Of a DNA stretch of 32,000 nt, positions 1 through 8,248 are shown one piece after another. Position 1 is the stretch's first letter; each line of letters starts with the position of its first letter. The DNA lies in the NCBI GenBank assembly GCA_964394085.1, contig CAYMWF010000024.1, positions 20,749 through 52,748 on the forward strand, read 5' to 3'. Both the position numbers and the translations under genes were made by a program. Under the pieces are notes generated by a model, which was given only the letters and a program-made list of their open reading frames with translations, did no database searches and was not told the DNA's origin. The DNA comes from an uncultured Gemmatimonadota bacterium. GTDB lineage: Bacteria > GCA-2686955 > CAYMWF01.

Positions 1-256
1 CATTCTTCCGGTAAATTTCCTCTTTGCCGCCCTGTGGAAAAGGGCTGAGTTTCTATTGTCATCAGATAAATCGATAAATCAAACTGGAAATATCGATAGA
101 TTAAGTCGTTTATTGTGGGATATCCGATGTGCCGCGGGATAAAATCACGAGTTTTTCGGGCTCTTCCTTTCTCCTGCGGCTTTCTGCTTACTATGTTTAT
201 TGAGAGGTCGGAATCGAGAACCTCGCGGAAAGGCCCTAAGACTCAGGAGGAAAACG

Positions 257-508
257 ATGAAACGGAAAACGTCCACGGCAATATCCTTCGCCGCCACGCT
301 GTTCATCATTTTTACCATCGTTATCGCCTTCGGGACGAAATCGGCGGGGATGCAGCAGGTGCAGGATCGGAATCCCGCCGACCTCAAAGCGAAAACAATG
401 CTTGATGATTCGGCCAGGGAGGTCGTCTGGGGAAATCCGGCAGGTGCGGACAGGTGCGGTTGCCGGGCGGGTTACCATCTCTGGCTCACCCCCTGCCCGG
501 TTCACTAG
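257..508 (+). CDS. small hypothetical protein with N-terminal membrane-anchor/signal-like segment (83 aa)
   Basis: ATG at 257 is preceded by AGGAGG at 245-250 (6-nt spacer). MKRK is followed by the hydrophobic stretch AISFAATLFIIFTIVIAFG. It is in frame with track ORF 200..508, whose TTG start seems less likely. No family recognised. Confidence 0.4.
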   Translation: MKRKTSTAISFAATLFIIFTIVIAFGTKSAGMQQVQDRNPADLKAKTMLDDSAREVVWGNPAGADRCGCRAGYHLWLTPCPVH

Positions 509-537
509 CACGCGGCGGAAAGCCCATCCGGCGTTGC

Positions 538-584
538 GTGGGGAGCTTCGATACCAGTAATCGAAAAAACGGCACGCTCCCCAC
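538..584. terminator. imperfect stem-loop between convergent genes (possible bidirectional terminator)
   Basis: GTGGGGAGC (538-546) is the reverse complement of GCTCCCCAC (576-584). An inner pair TTCGAT (547-552) / ATCGAA (560-565) encloses a 7-nt loop. It lies between the stop at 508 (+) and the stop at 646 (-). There is no clear U-tract. Confidence 0.3.
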
Positions 585-645
585 CCGCCGGAATTTCATT
601 TACCCCGGCGTATCCAGGAAGGAACATCCCCGGTCAAGGGCGTCC

Positions 646-3048
646 TTACGGGTTTCCGCCGCCGACGAGCCCCTTTTCAACCAGGAATGAAGCGATTTCC
701 TTCGCGATAATATCGTATCCGTCATCGTTCATGTGAACGCCGTCAATCATGAAGTCGAGTTTTCGTTCTGTCGGGAAGGCTTCTTCGAGGGATAAGAAGT
801 AAACTCCTTCTCCGTTGTAATCCTGTGCGGTTTTCTTGAACTCGTTGAAATAAGGTCGGCGGTTGAGGCAGATTTCAGGCACGAGCACAACATCAACACC
901 TGCCTGGATACAAAGTTCTGCCAACTTTGCCGGTCCGGAGTATTTTGTTTCGACCCGCTTCGCCGGGAAGGGTGTTTCGGTATTCTTTCCAATCCTTCTG
1001 CTGAACTCGTATTGAACATAACCGGCGAATCTATGTGCCGATGCAACTACGATATTCCAGGTGCGCAAGTTCGCCATGGCCAGGTAAAGCTTGACCGTGA
1101 TCCCGTTCCGGATACCCGGTCTGAGTTGGAGCGCCGCCCAGAGCTCGTTGTCGCTGCCAAGGTAAGATTCGTTTTCCAGGAGCGTGTCGAGCTTTCGGTA
1201 GAAAGTTTCAAGGTTCGGGTCGTCGCCGTTATTACCGAAATAGACGATTAACACGTCGGGTTGAAGCAGTATGAGATGCCTTTCGAAATAGCGGAACAAT
1301 GTGTAAAAACGTGCTCCGCCCAGGCCTCCGTTGATTACATCGGTTTCGATGTCGTGCAGTTCGTTCAGGAGCGTTTCGAGCCTGGCGGGAAAGGAGGTCT
1401 TTTCAGGATCTGTCGCTCCGGCTCCCTCGGTGCTGGAGCTTCCGAGGCAGATTATCTTTCTGTAGCCGGGCGGCTTCCGGATTGTCCGGTTACGCGGATC
1501 GAGCTCCTCCCTGATTGCCTTCAAACCGCCTTTCACGAATTCAGCCTCGGCAATCGGGTCCAGAGTGTCCAGTACAAGTGATTCAAGACCGTACTCCCGG
1601 TCCAGAAAAGGGTTCGTCCTTATACCTGATTCAACGGCTGCAACAAAACAGACCAGGGCGATTGCACCAACCGGGATGCGCAGAAACTTTTTAAACCGTG
1701 TTGAACGTATCAAGTGCAGAAAAACCAGAGTCGTAAGCGCCAGCGAGACGGCAGCCGGAAACCAGCCCCGCCCCGCCGGCGTACCGGTAAGAATACCGCC
1801 GGCTGTCAGAGCGGCGGCGGTGACAGGAAGTAATCTGCCGAAGCGATGACCGGCCGCTCCGGCTAAAAGGAACGATGCCGGAAGAGGAGCGAGGGTGAGA
1901 GCCGTGAGGCTATAAGATAGAGATACCTTGGACAGGTTTGTCCAGATAAGGACGGTGGCCACAACCCCGAGAAGATAATAGAGACCTGCATATATCAACC
2001 CACCCTGTTCGTAAGCCGGCTTGTCGCCTCTTGCATCAACTGTCAAAATCCCCATGATTCTAATCGATGTTATCGACGTAAACGCCAGCAACGCTGTTAT
2101 GCGGGGCAGAACAAATATGCCCGCCAGGCAGAGAAGAACCGCACACTGGACAGGCAGAACAACCAGAAACACTTCATTCAGCGAGGCGACTTTCGGAGCA
2201 GTGAACCTGAAAAAGAGGAGGGTGACGGCGTCCACCAGGAAAGCCGCCGCAAAGAATACGGCCAGGGCGAGCACGGCGAAACTCCGGGAGCAGGGAGCCG
2301 GAGCATGGAGAAGACGCATATTCAACAACGAAGCTTCACCCCCGAATCCGCCGCCCGACACAATCGTATCACCCTCTCCGGTTCCGCCGGCGCGTATTTC
2401 AGCAAGGTGCACATGTCCGCTGTGACGCAGAATTCCATCGGTCGAGCCGTGGTCGATCGTGATACTCCATACGGGGCGCCACTCCTCTTCCGCAGGTATA
2501 CTGCAAACGAATCGTCGTTCATTAACAAGCGCTTCGACCTTGTCGCCGGTGCATGTGAGCTCGATCCGGAGATTCTTACCGGTGCCGGGCGATTCGAAGC
2601 CGCCTATTCTGGTGTCGGCACCTCCGGGCGATTCCACGAAGAGACCGTTCATGGAATTGTCGGTCCTGTTGAAACCGAATCGTAATTTCGCTTTTTCGGA
2701 CTTTGCGAAATAGATATCGAAACCATTGTTATCATGGATTCCAAGGCTGGTTCGAACAGTGAATGGCGGCGGTGCTGCCGGGGGGGATTTCAGGGAAAAA
2801 TAATCACCGGGCAAGAGGATCAGGGCGCCGTCGGATTCACGAAAACTGGCGTCCTGGATTCTGGAGAAATCCTCGTTGCCCGGAACGACCACCTGGTAGA
2901 ATGTATTCGAATGGCCGACTATGTGCAGCACCCTGAAGAAGGAGATCATCAGTACAGCGTTTACGATAAACAGTACCAGGTGGAGAAGTCGAAGGTCGGC
3001 GAATTCCAGCCTTGATCCGCTTAACTTCCTGGAAAGGGAGAGAAACAA
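646..3048 (-). CDS. polytopic membrane protein with C-terminal SGNH/GDSL-family hydrolase domain
   Basis: 800-aa ORF. The C-terminal ~270 aa carry all four SGNH blocks: I ICLGSSSTEG, II INGGLGGAR, III VYFGNNGDD, V DGVHMNDDGY (D-x-x-H). The N-terminal TM anchor is LLHLVLFIVNAVLMISFF. A ~200-aa non-membrane domain follows, then about 7-8 hydrophobic helices (aa ~255-480). Confidence 0.8.
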   Translation of the reverse strand: MFLSLSRKLSGSRLEFADLRLLHLVLFIVNAVLMISFFRVLHIVGHSNTFYQVVVPGNEDFSRIQDASFRESDGALILLPGDYFSLKSPPAAPPPFTVRTSLGIHDNNGFDIYFAKSEKAKLRFGFNRTDNSMNGLFVESPGGADTRIGGFESPGTGKNLRIELTCTGDKVEALVNERRFVCSIPAEEEWRPVWSITIDHGSTDGILRHSGHVHLAEIRAGGTGEGDTIVSGGGFGGEASLLNMRLLHAPAPCSRSFAVLALAVFFAAAFLVDAVTLLFFRFTAPKVASLNEVFLVVLPVQCAVLLCLAGIFVLPRITALLAFTSITSIRIMGILTVDARGDKPAYEQGGLIYAGLYYLLGVVATVLIWTNLSKVSLSYSLTALTLAPLPASFLLAGAAGHRFGRLLPVTAAALTAGGILTGTPAGRGWFPAAVSLALTTLVFLHLIRSTRFKKFLRIPVGAIALVCFVAAVESGIRTNPFLDREYGLESLVLDTLDPIAEAEFVKGGLKAIREELDPRNRTIRKPPGYRKIICLGSSSTEGAGATDPEKTSFPARLETLLNELHDIETDVINGGLGGARFYTLFRYFERHLILLQPDVLIVYFGNNGDDPNLETFYRKLDTLLENESYLGSDNELWAALQLRPGIRNGITVKLYLAMANLRTWNIVVASAHRFAGYVQYEFSRRIGKNTETPFPAKRVETKYSGPAKLAELCIQAGVDVVLVPEICLNRRPYFNEFKKTAQDYNGEGVYFLSLEEAFPTERKLDFMIDGVHMNDDGYDIIAKEIASFLVEKGLVGGGNP

Positions 3049-3182
3049 CCGGCGCCTCGCCTTATTCTGTTGACAGTAGAAGCAGGGGCGGCTTCACCCG
3101 TTACTGCTTGAATCCTGGAAAACCGTCGCTGCACATATCCCGGGGGGTGTATTATGACAGTCAGGACTTCGGTGTTACGAAC

Positions 3183-4031
3183 TCAATGGAGTAGAAGTTT
3201 GCTCCCGTTTTCGTCTTCATCTTCATCTTCCATCACTTCCGCTCTCATCAAATCGGTGGCCATACTGACTGCCCTCAATGCGGTATCGACGATCTCTTCG
3301 TCGTCGGAATCGATATATCCCTCGAGAAGGTCTGTAGCCTCAAAGGGGCGGATACAGGCCGCCGCCTCGAGAGCCGCCAGGAGCACGCGTTTGCCGGTCT
3401 CTTCCGAGATCAGGAGGTTCATGACATGGGACCAGGCCTCGTCAATCTCCCAGGTTCCCGCAGCGTAAACGGCTTCGGCATGAATTGCCTCGTCTTCGTT
3501 ATTCAGTTCTTCCAGAATATAATCGTCGAAACCGGCGATCCAGCGCATCGAAAATACCGCGGTAAGTTTCCAGAGCTCGTCTCCGCTTGTATACGCTTCC
3601 TGAACCGCTTCGATATGCCAGTCTTCGGGGGCGCGAATAGATGCTTCAAGGGTCATTCGCCTGACATTTTTGGGGATATCCGTATCGAGACAGATCTGTC
3701 GGAGCGATTCTTTAATATGACGGAACTTCTTTTCGGTAACAGGAACATCATCCGGTTCTTCGAACTCTTCAATATCGGCCAGCTCCAGGACCGGTCCGAG
3801 CGAAATCGCCGCGATCCCGCGCAGATCCTCCGGTTCTTCGGCATTTAACAGAATTGACAGAAGGACGTCGGCCAGATCATCGTTGATAACGGTTAAATCA
3901 CCGGCCATCTCCGCAGCGAGAAGACGATCAGGTGTATCCATCCGGTTATCCGACATGATTCTCATAAGGAATATACCGGTATTGTCCGGCCATTCCCAGG
4001 GCGGGGTTTTCTGCAGTAATTTTAGATCCAT
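3183..4031 (-). CDS. highly acidic HEAT-like helical-repeat protein
   Basis: 282-aa ORF with AAGGA about 7 nt upstream of the ATG on the minus strand. My hand count gives ~66 Asp+Glu versus ~23 Lys+Arg, and the C-terminus reads MEDEDEDENG. Helical-repeat signatures recur: DRLLAAEMAGDL, LRGIAAISLGPV, VRRMTLEASI, IHAEAVYAAGTW, RVLLAALEAAAC. Confidence 0.65.
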   Translation of the reverse strand: MDLKLLQKTPPWEWPDNTGIFLMRIMSDNRMDTPDRLLAAEMAGDLTVINDDLADVLLSILLNAEEPEDLRGIAAISLGPVLELADIEEFEEPDDVPVTEKKFRHIKESLRQICLDTDIPKNVRRMTLEASIRAPEDWHIEAVQEAYTSGDELWKLTAVFSMRWIAGFDDYILEELNNEDEAIHAEAVYAAGTWEIDEAWSHVMNLLISEETGKRVLLAALEAAACIRPFEATDLLEGYIDSDDEEIVDTALRAVSMATDLMRAEVMEDEDEDENGSKLLLH

Positions 4032-4090
4032 CGGTTTTCCTTTTCGGTACTCATAAAAACAGAGTGATCGGTAACTGGTGTCTGCTGATT

Positions 4091-5371
4091 CTACCTGCCG
4101 GGTCTTCGTGTTCCAGTCTTTTTCAGTTCAGCGGTCTCAACCGTCCTCTGCCGTTTGAGGATTTCCCTCAGCCGTTTGATGATACTGGTCGCACTCATCA
4201 CTCGTTGATATACGTAAAGCCGGCCGGGCAGATCTTTATCGAGAACTTCTTCGCTCACGCGGAGGCGTCTACTGACCGCGAAGATTATCTGAAAAGGCAG
4301 GCCTGCTTCGACCAGCTCCACCCGCCGCCAGACGGCTTCCCGGCTCCAGTAGCCCAAAACTTCGAGGAAAATCCTGATACCGGATTCTTCATGGGTGAAG
4401 ACGAGATCCGGCACGCACAATCCGACGCCCGGCAGATCCAGCAAGTCATTTGCAACACGGGCTTTCCAGGGCGATTCGATACCCTTGAAACGTTCCAGAA
4501 GCTGCTCCACCTCGTCCGGAAGGCGAACCTTGCAATCCTGGAGAACACTCTCCGGTTTCCCTTCCAGATGGAATACGAAAGGTTTCCGTTCCCGGCCCCA
4601 CTTGATGTCGGCATCGAGTTCCCACCGCCCTCCGCTCTCTTCCAGCGCCGGAAGCATCAGTGCAAGCTGCAGACCGTACCTGGTCACCGCCTTGAAAAGG
4701 CTGAAAGGGCCGTCGATCTCAATTCTGTAACGATCTTCCTGTTTGTCATAGTCGATAGTGTGCAAGAGCCTTCGGAATTTGAGCTTCTGGAAGAACATCC
4801 TGTACCCGGCCGGATCGGCGCACCGGATCTTGACGACAACCTTGACGGCACGTAAAAGAACAGCCTGTTTCTGGGATCTTACGTATAGATCGACCAGCGC
4901 AGGTGCGCTTATCGTGTCGAATTTCGTGCATTTATGGTTCTCTTTAAGATCCGCGTAAAGAAGACCGTCGACCTCGCCGGGCGGAATCCCCCGGACCGCA
5001 GCCACCTCCTCGATTACCGCCGCGGCATCGAAGATTGCGGAATCCTCGAGCGTCTTCCGGGCCTCGGTTGCGGCGGTGAAAAGCGCTTTTCTCAAAGCCC
5101 GCGGTTCCACATCGGTTCGTGCTTCGAAGGTGCACCTGTCCTCCACGAGTTTCCGCACCCCTTTAATCATCTTGAAGTCGGAGGTCGCCCGCCGGAGAGG
5201 CTCGCTCAACGCCGACCTGAATTCTCCCTGCGTTCGTCCGACATTTTCCCCGGCCAGGGTTATATATTCTTCGGCGTATCGGAGAAGGAGCTTCTTTTTG
5301 GCGGGATTCAGCCGAGGCACGTGGAGACGCCCGTTCCGCCTGATCACCCTTACGAGATCAACGGTAAGCAA
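4091..5371 (-). CDS. DUF790/Bax1-like nuclease (XPB partner)
   Basis: 426-aa ORF whose start (5371) overlaps the upstream helicase stop (5358) by 14 nt. The N-terminus MLTVDLVRVIRRNGRLHVPRL and the C-terminal nuclease-like core CVPDLVF...IFLEVLGYWS resemble the DUF790/Bax1 family as I remember it. Not searched. Confidence 0.7.
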   Translation of the reverse strand: MLTVDLVRVIRRNGRLHVPRLNPAKKKLLLRYAEEYITLAGENVGRTQGEFRSALSEPLRRATSDFKMIKGVRKLVEDRCTFEARTDVEPRALRKALFTAATEARKTLEDSAIFDAAAVIEEVAAVRGIPPGEVDGLLYADLKENHKCTKFDTISAPALVDLYVRSQKQAVLLRAVKVVVKIRCADPAGYRMFFQKLKFRRLLHTIDYDKQEDRYRIEIDGPFSLFKAVTRYGLQLALMLPALEESGGRWELDADIKWGRERKPFVFHLEGKPESVLQDCKVRLPDEVEQLLERFKGIESPWKARVANDLLDLPGVGLCVPDLVFTHEESGIRIFLEVLGYWSREAVWRRVELVEAGLPFQIIFAVSRRLRVSEEVLDKDLPGRLYVYQRVMSATSIIKRLREILKRQRTVETAELKKTGTRRPGR

Positions 5372-6746
5372 CGTGAGCCCTCCTGCGTCTGCTCGTGAAC
5401 ATTTCGGAAGTGTCGTTGGCTACGATCTCGTAAAGAACCGCCTGTTTTTCTCCTTTTTTCCGCAGGATTCGTCCGAGCCGCTGCACATGCTCCCTGATCG
5501 AGCCGCTTCCGGAGATTATGATGCCGACATTCGCTTCCGGGATGTCGACCCCCTCGTTCAAAACCTTGGATGCCGCCAGGACGTTATATGTTCCTTTCGA
5601 AAAGCCGTCGAGAATCTCAGCGCGTTCCGTCACTCTGGTCTGATGGGTGATTACGGGCACCAGGAACCGGCGCGACAATTCGTAAGCCGGCTTATTGCGC
5701 TCGGTGAACAGCAGCACTCGATCGTGCCGGTGCCTGTGCAGAAGGTGGTCGATATATTTCAGCTTCGAAGGAGCCGAGAAAGCAAGATGTTTCTGCTTCT
5801 GATAGGCTTCCATGGCCCTTCTTCCTTCGATGCCGCTTCCCGAGCGTTTGAGGAACTGCTTCCAGCCGTCGGGCGTGTGCATCCGTATCCCGTGGCGAGC
5901 TATAAAAGCGAGATAGATGCCCCGTGCTTTTTCATACTCGCTGCGTTCCTCTTCGCTCAACTCGACCAGTAGCCGTTCGATCGTATAGTCTGCGAGATAT
6001 TCACCGGCGAGATCACCTATTTCGCATGCGTACGCGGTCGGACCGATAAGATGCGAAAAGTCGACATGTTTTCCGTCCGCGCGTTCAGGAGTGGCCGACA
6101 ATCCCAGCCTGTAGGGCGCCAGGCATGAGCTCGCCGCAAGAGAAAATGAATCACCCGGCAAATGATGACATTCGTCGAAAATAATCATTCCGAAACGAGC
6201 GCCCAGGTGCTCCATGTGCAGATATGCGGAATCGTAGGTGGTGGCGGTGAGCGGTTCGATCGTGAACTCTCCTCCGCCGACGACGCCCACATCGCAGCGG
6301 AAGCTGGTGCGCAGCAGATCGTACCACTGGGTTACGAGGTTGAGAGTAGGCGCAACCACCAGCGTGCTTTTCCGCACTGCATCGATCGCCATCAACCCGA
6401 CGTAGCTTTTACCCGCGCCGGTGGGAAGAACCACCAGGCCGCGCCCTCCCGAGTCATACCAGGCTTCGAAGGCTTCCTGCTGGAACGGCCTCGGAACACG
6501 TTTGACCTTGAGAGAGGTTTTCAGGTCATCGAAACGGCGGGCGTCATCCGTGAAGGAGACCCCGTGAAGCCCGAGAGATTCCACTATTGCGGCATAAGCG
6601 AGTGCCGGGGCGCGGTGGCATCTTGTCCGGTGATCCCATAGAACTCCATCCGGAAAGGGGAAAGGGGGCTCTTTGCCGAAACCTCTTATCTCCACGGTGC
6701 CGGCTGTGAAACACAGCTTTATATCAGGAGACAGACGGGTCATCAT
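5358..6746 (-). CDS. xpb: XPB/ERCC3-type superfamily 2 DNA helicase
   Basis: Motif I LPTGAGKS, Ia VVAPT, II IIFDECHH, III LSAT. Motif III is followed directly by PERADG (nt 6075-6098), the position of the XPB RED motif. Late motifs are VLNEGVDIPEANV and QRLGRILR. A ~90-aa N-terminal extension resembles the XPB damage-recognition domain. The gene is coupled to a DUF790 gene. Confidence 0.85.
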   Translation of the reverse strand: MMTRLSPDIKLCFTAGTVEIRGFGKEPPFPFPDGVLWDHRTRCHRAPALAYAAIVESLGLHGVSFTDDARRFDDLKTSLKVKRVPRPFQQEAFEAWYDSGGRGLVVLPTGAGKSYVGLMAIDAVRKSTLVVAPTLNLVTQWYDLLRTSFRCDVGVVGGGEFTIEPLTATTYDSAYLHMEHLGARFGMIIFDECHHLPGDSFSLAASSCLAPYRLGLSATPERADGKHVDFSHLIGPTAYACEIGDLAGEYLADYTIERLLVELSEEERSEYEKARGIYLAFIARHGIRMHTPDGWKQFLKRSGSGIEGRRAMEAYQKQKHLAFSAPSKLKYIDHLLHRHRHDRVLLFTERNKPAYELSRRFLVPVITHQTRVTERAEILDGFSKGTYNVLAASKVLNEGVDIPEANVGIIISGSGSIREHVQRLGRILRKKGEKQAVLYEIVANDTSEMFTSRRRRAHVAYR

Positions 6747-6775
6747 CCATCTTTCCGAAACTGGTGTTCCGGTAA

Positions 6776-8155
6776 TTATTCGACCGGTACGGCCAGGCTC
6801 GCAAGGGTGGCCACCACGACCTGCGTTGTCATCCAGGCAAGGTCGGGGCTGTTGAAGCTCTGGCCGACAGTGTCGAACCTTGTGTGGATAAAGGGGCTGG
6901 ACTGATTGGTATCTTCAAAGAACCATACAGCCTTGAAACCCCGGGCCCAGAAAGATGCGTGGTCGCTCGAGCCGCCGCTTATTCCGGAGGACTCCACCGT
7001 AGGCAGCTCGGGAACGAAGTAGCCGGCGGCGTCGACGGCAGCTTCGTACAGGTCGTACGAGTTGTCATTCGTGATGATGTCGAGGTCGAAAACATCACCG
7101 TTCTGATAATACCCGTCCATGTCGATATTGATGACGCCCCGTAGATCCACGCCGTGCCTATTGGCCCAGCCCGCATACGCGGAACTGCCGAAAAGCCCTA
7201 TCTCCTCACCGGAAAAAGCCACGAAAACTATCGTACTTTCGAAGGAGTACTGGCTCAAAACCCTTGCGGCTTCAAGAACCGTAACCGTTCCGGAGGCGTT
7301 GTCGTCGGCGCCGGGCGCTTTTTTCGTGATCATCATGAACGTGATCGAATCGTAATGACCGCCGACAAGGTATACCTGGTCCGGATAGAGTGTTCCCGGC
7401 AGAACGGCGACGACATTCGGCGAGCTCAAGCCGCCGAGAACAGGCTGTGTATACAGGCTGTCGAAACCGGTAGCTTCCAGGTATTTGAAAATCCCCTGCC
7501 CTGCAATATCGCCTTCTTTCCTGAAGCAGATCCGGTTGTCCAGCGCGGTCGACAGTACCTCCACGCCGGATTCGATATTCGAAATTTCCACCTTGTCGAC
7601 CATTTCCTCGATGAGTTCGATCTGTCCGGGTGTAAGGTCGTCGATTCCGGCGGTTACCGGCGACGCCGCAAGCTCAGAAGATGGAAGCTCGATGGATAAT
7701 GTCGGGTCGAGCCAGGTGAGACCGTGACCGCCGCCCTGCAGCCAGAGCGCTTCTTTCAACGTACCCGTGTATAAAAGCCAGCCCTCGAACCTGTGCAGGA
7801 CCCGGCCCTCTACGGCAACCGCCCGGTTATATCCCGGTCGTCCGGTGTCAACCTCCGGAATGAGATAGTAGTCATCTTCAGGGATGTAATCACCGCACTT
7901 TATGCAGGATATTCCTGAACCTTCAAGGAATTGCACAGACCGGCGGTCGATTGTGGCGAGAGCATGGTTCCCCCGGTGGTAGAACACCGTACATCCCGCA
8001 TCGCCCGCGTCAGTCAGGAATTCAGGGGTCATTCCCTCTATCTCGAAGAATATGATCTCCGGCTGTTGTTCCTGTGCATCTAATGCTCCGGTTGCCCCCA
8101 TAAGGACGGCAGCGATTAAGAAACAGCTCAAACTGATAAAAAGTGGAAGTTTCAT
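6776..8155 (-). CDS. secreted M28-family zinc aminopeptidase
   Basis: Signal peptide MKLPLFISLSCFLIAAVLMGATGALDA. M28 metal-ligand and catalytic motifs: GGHYDS, PGADDNASGT, FSGEEIGLFGS, NIDMDG, SSDHASF. Confidence 0.9.
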   Translation of the reverse strand: MKLPLFISLSCFLIAAVLMGATGALDAQEQQPEIIFFEIEGMTPEFLTDAGDAGCTVFYHRGNHALATIDRRSVQFLEGSGISCIKCGDYIPEDDYYLIPEVDTGRPGYNRAVAVEGRVLHRFEGWLLYTGTLKEALWLQGGGHGLTWLDPTLSIELPSSELAASPVTAGIDDLTPGQIELIEEMVDKVEISNIESGVEVLSTALDNRICFRKEGDIAGQGIFKYLEATGFDSLYTQPVLGGLSSPNVVAVLPGTLYPDQVYLVGGHYDSITFMMITKKAPGADDNASGTVTVLEAARVLSQYSFESTIVFVAFSGEEIGLFGSSAYAGWANRHGVDLRGVINIDMDGYYQNGDVFDLDIITNDNSYDLYEAAVDAAGYFVPELPTVESSGISGGSSDHASFWARGFKAVWFFEDTNQSSPFIHTRFDTVGQSFNSPDLAWMTTQVVVATLASLAVPVE

Positions 8156-8248
8156 GGCCGACTCCTTTCGTATAGTAAAAAACTAACCTTTCCCGATAGC
8201 GGATTCAAGCAGACAATTGCGGATTCGGCACGGTAAAGGTCGTTTTGT

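Noticed and set aside
1-256. Track ORFs 115..405 (+) and 145..387 (-), and a possible minus-strand start codon (CAT at 1-3) leaving the window
   Set aside because: The two ORFs overlap the better-supported 257..508 frame, lack an RBS and have odd composition. A gene starting at the window edge cannot be supported from 3 nt.
4064-5972. Plus-strand ORFs 4064..4855 (263 aa) and 5076..5972 (298 aa)
   Set aside because: They are antisense to the DUF790 and XPB helicase genes, which carry clear family motifs. Neither has an RBS or recognisable motifs.
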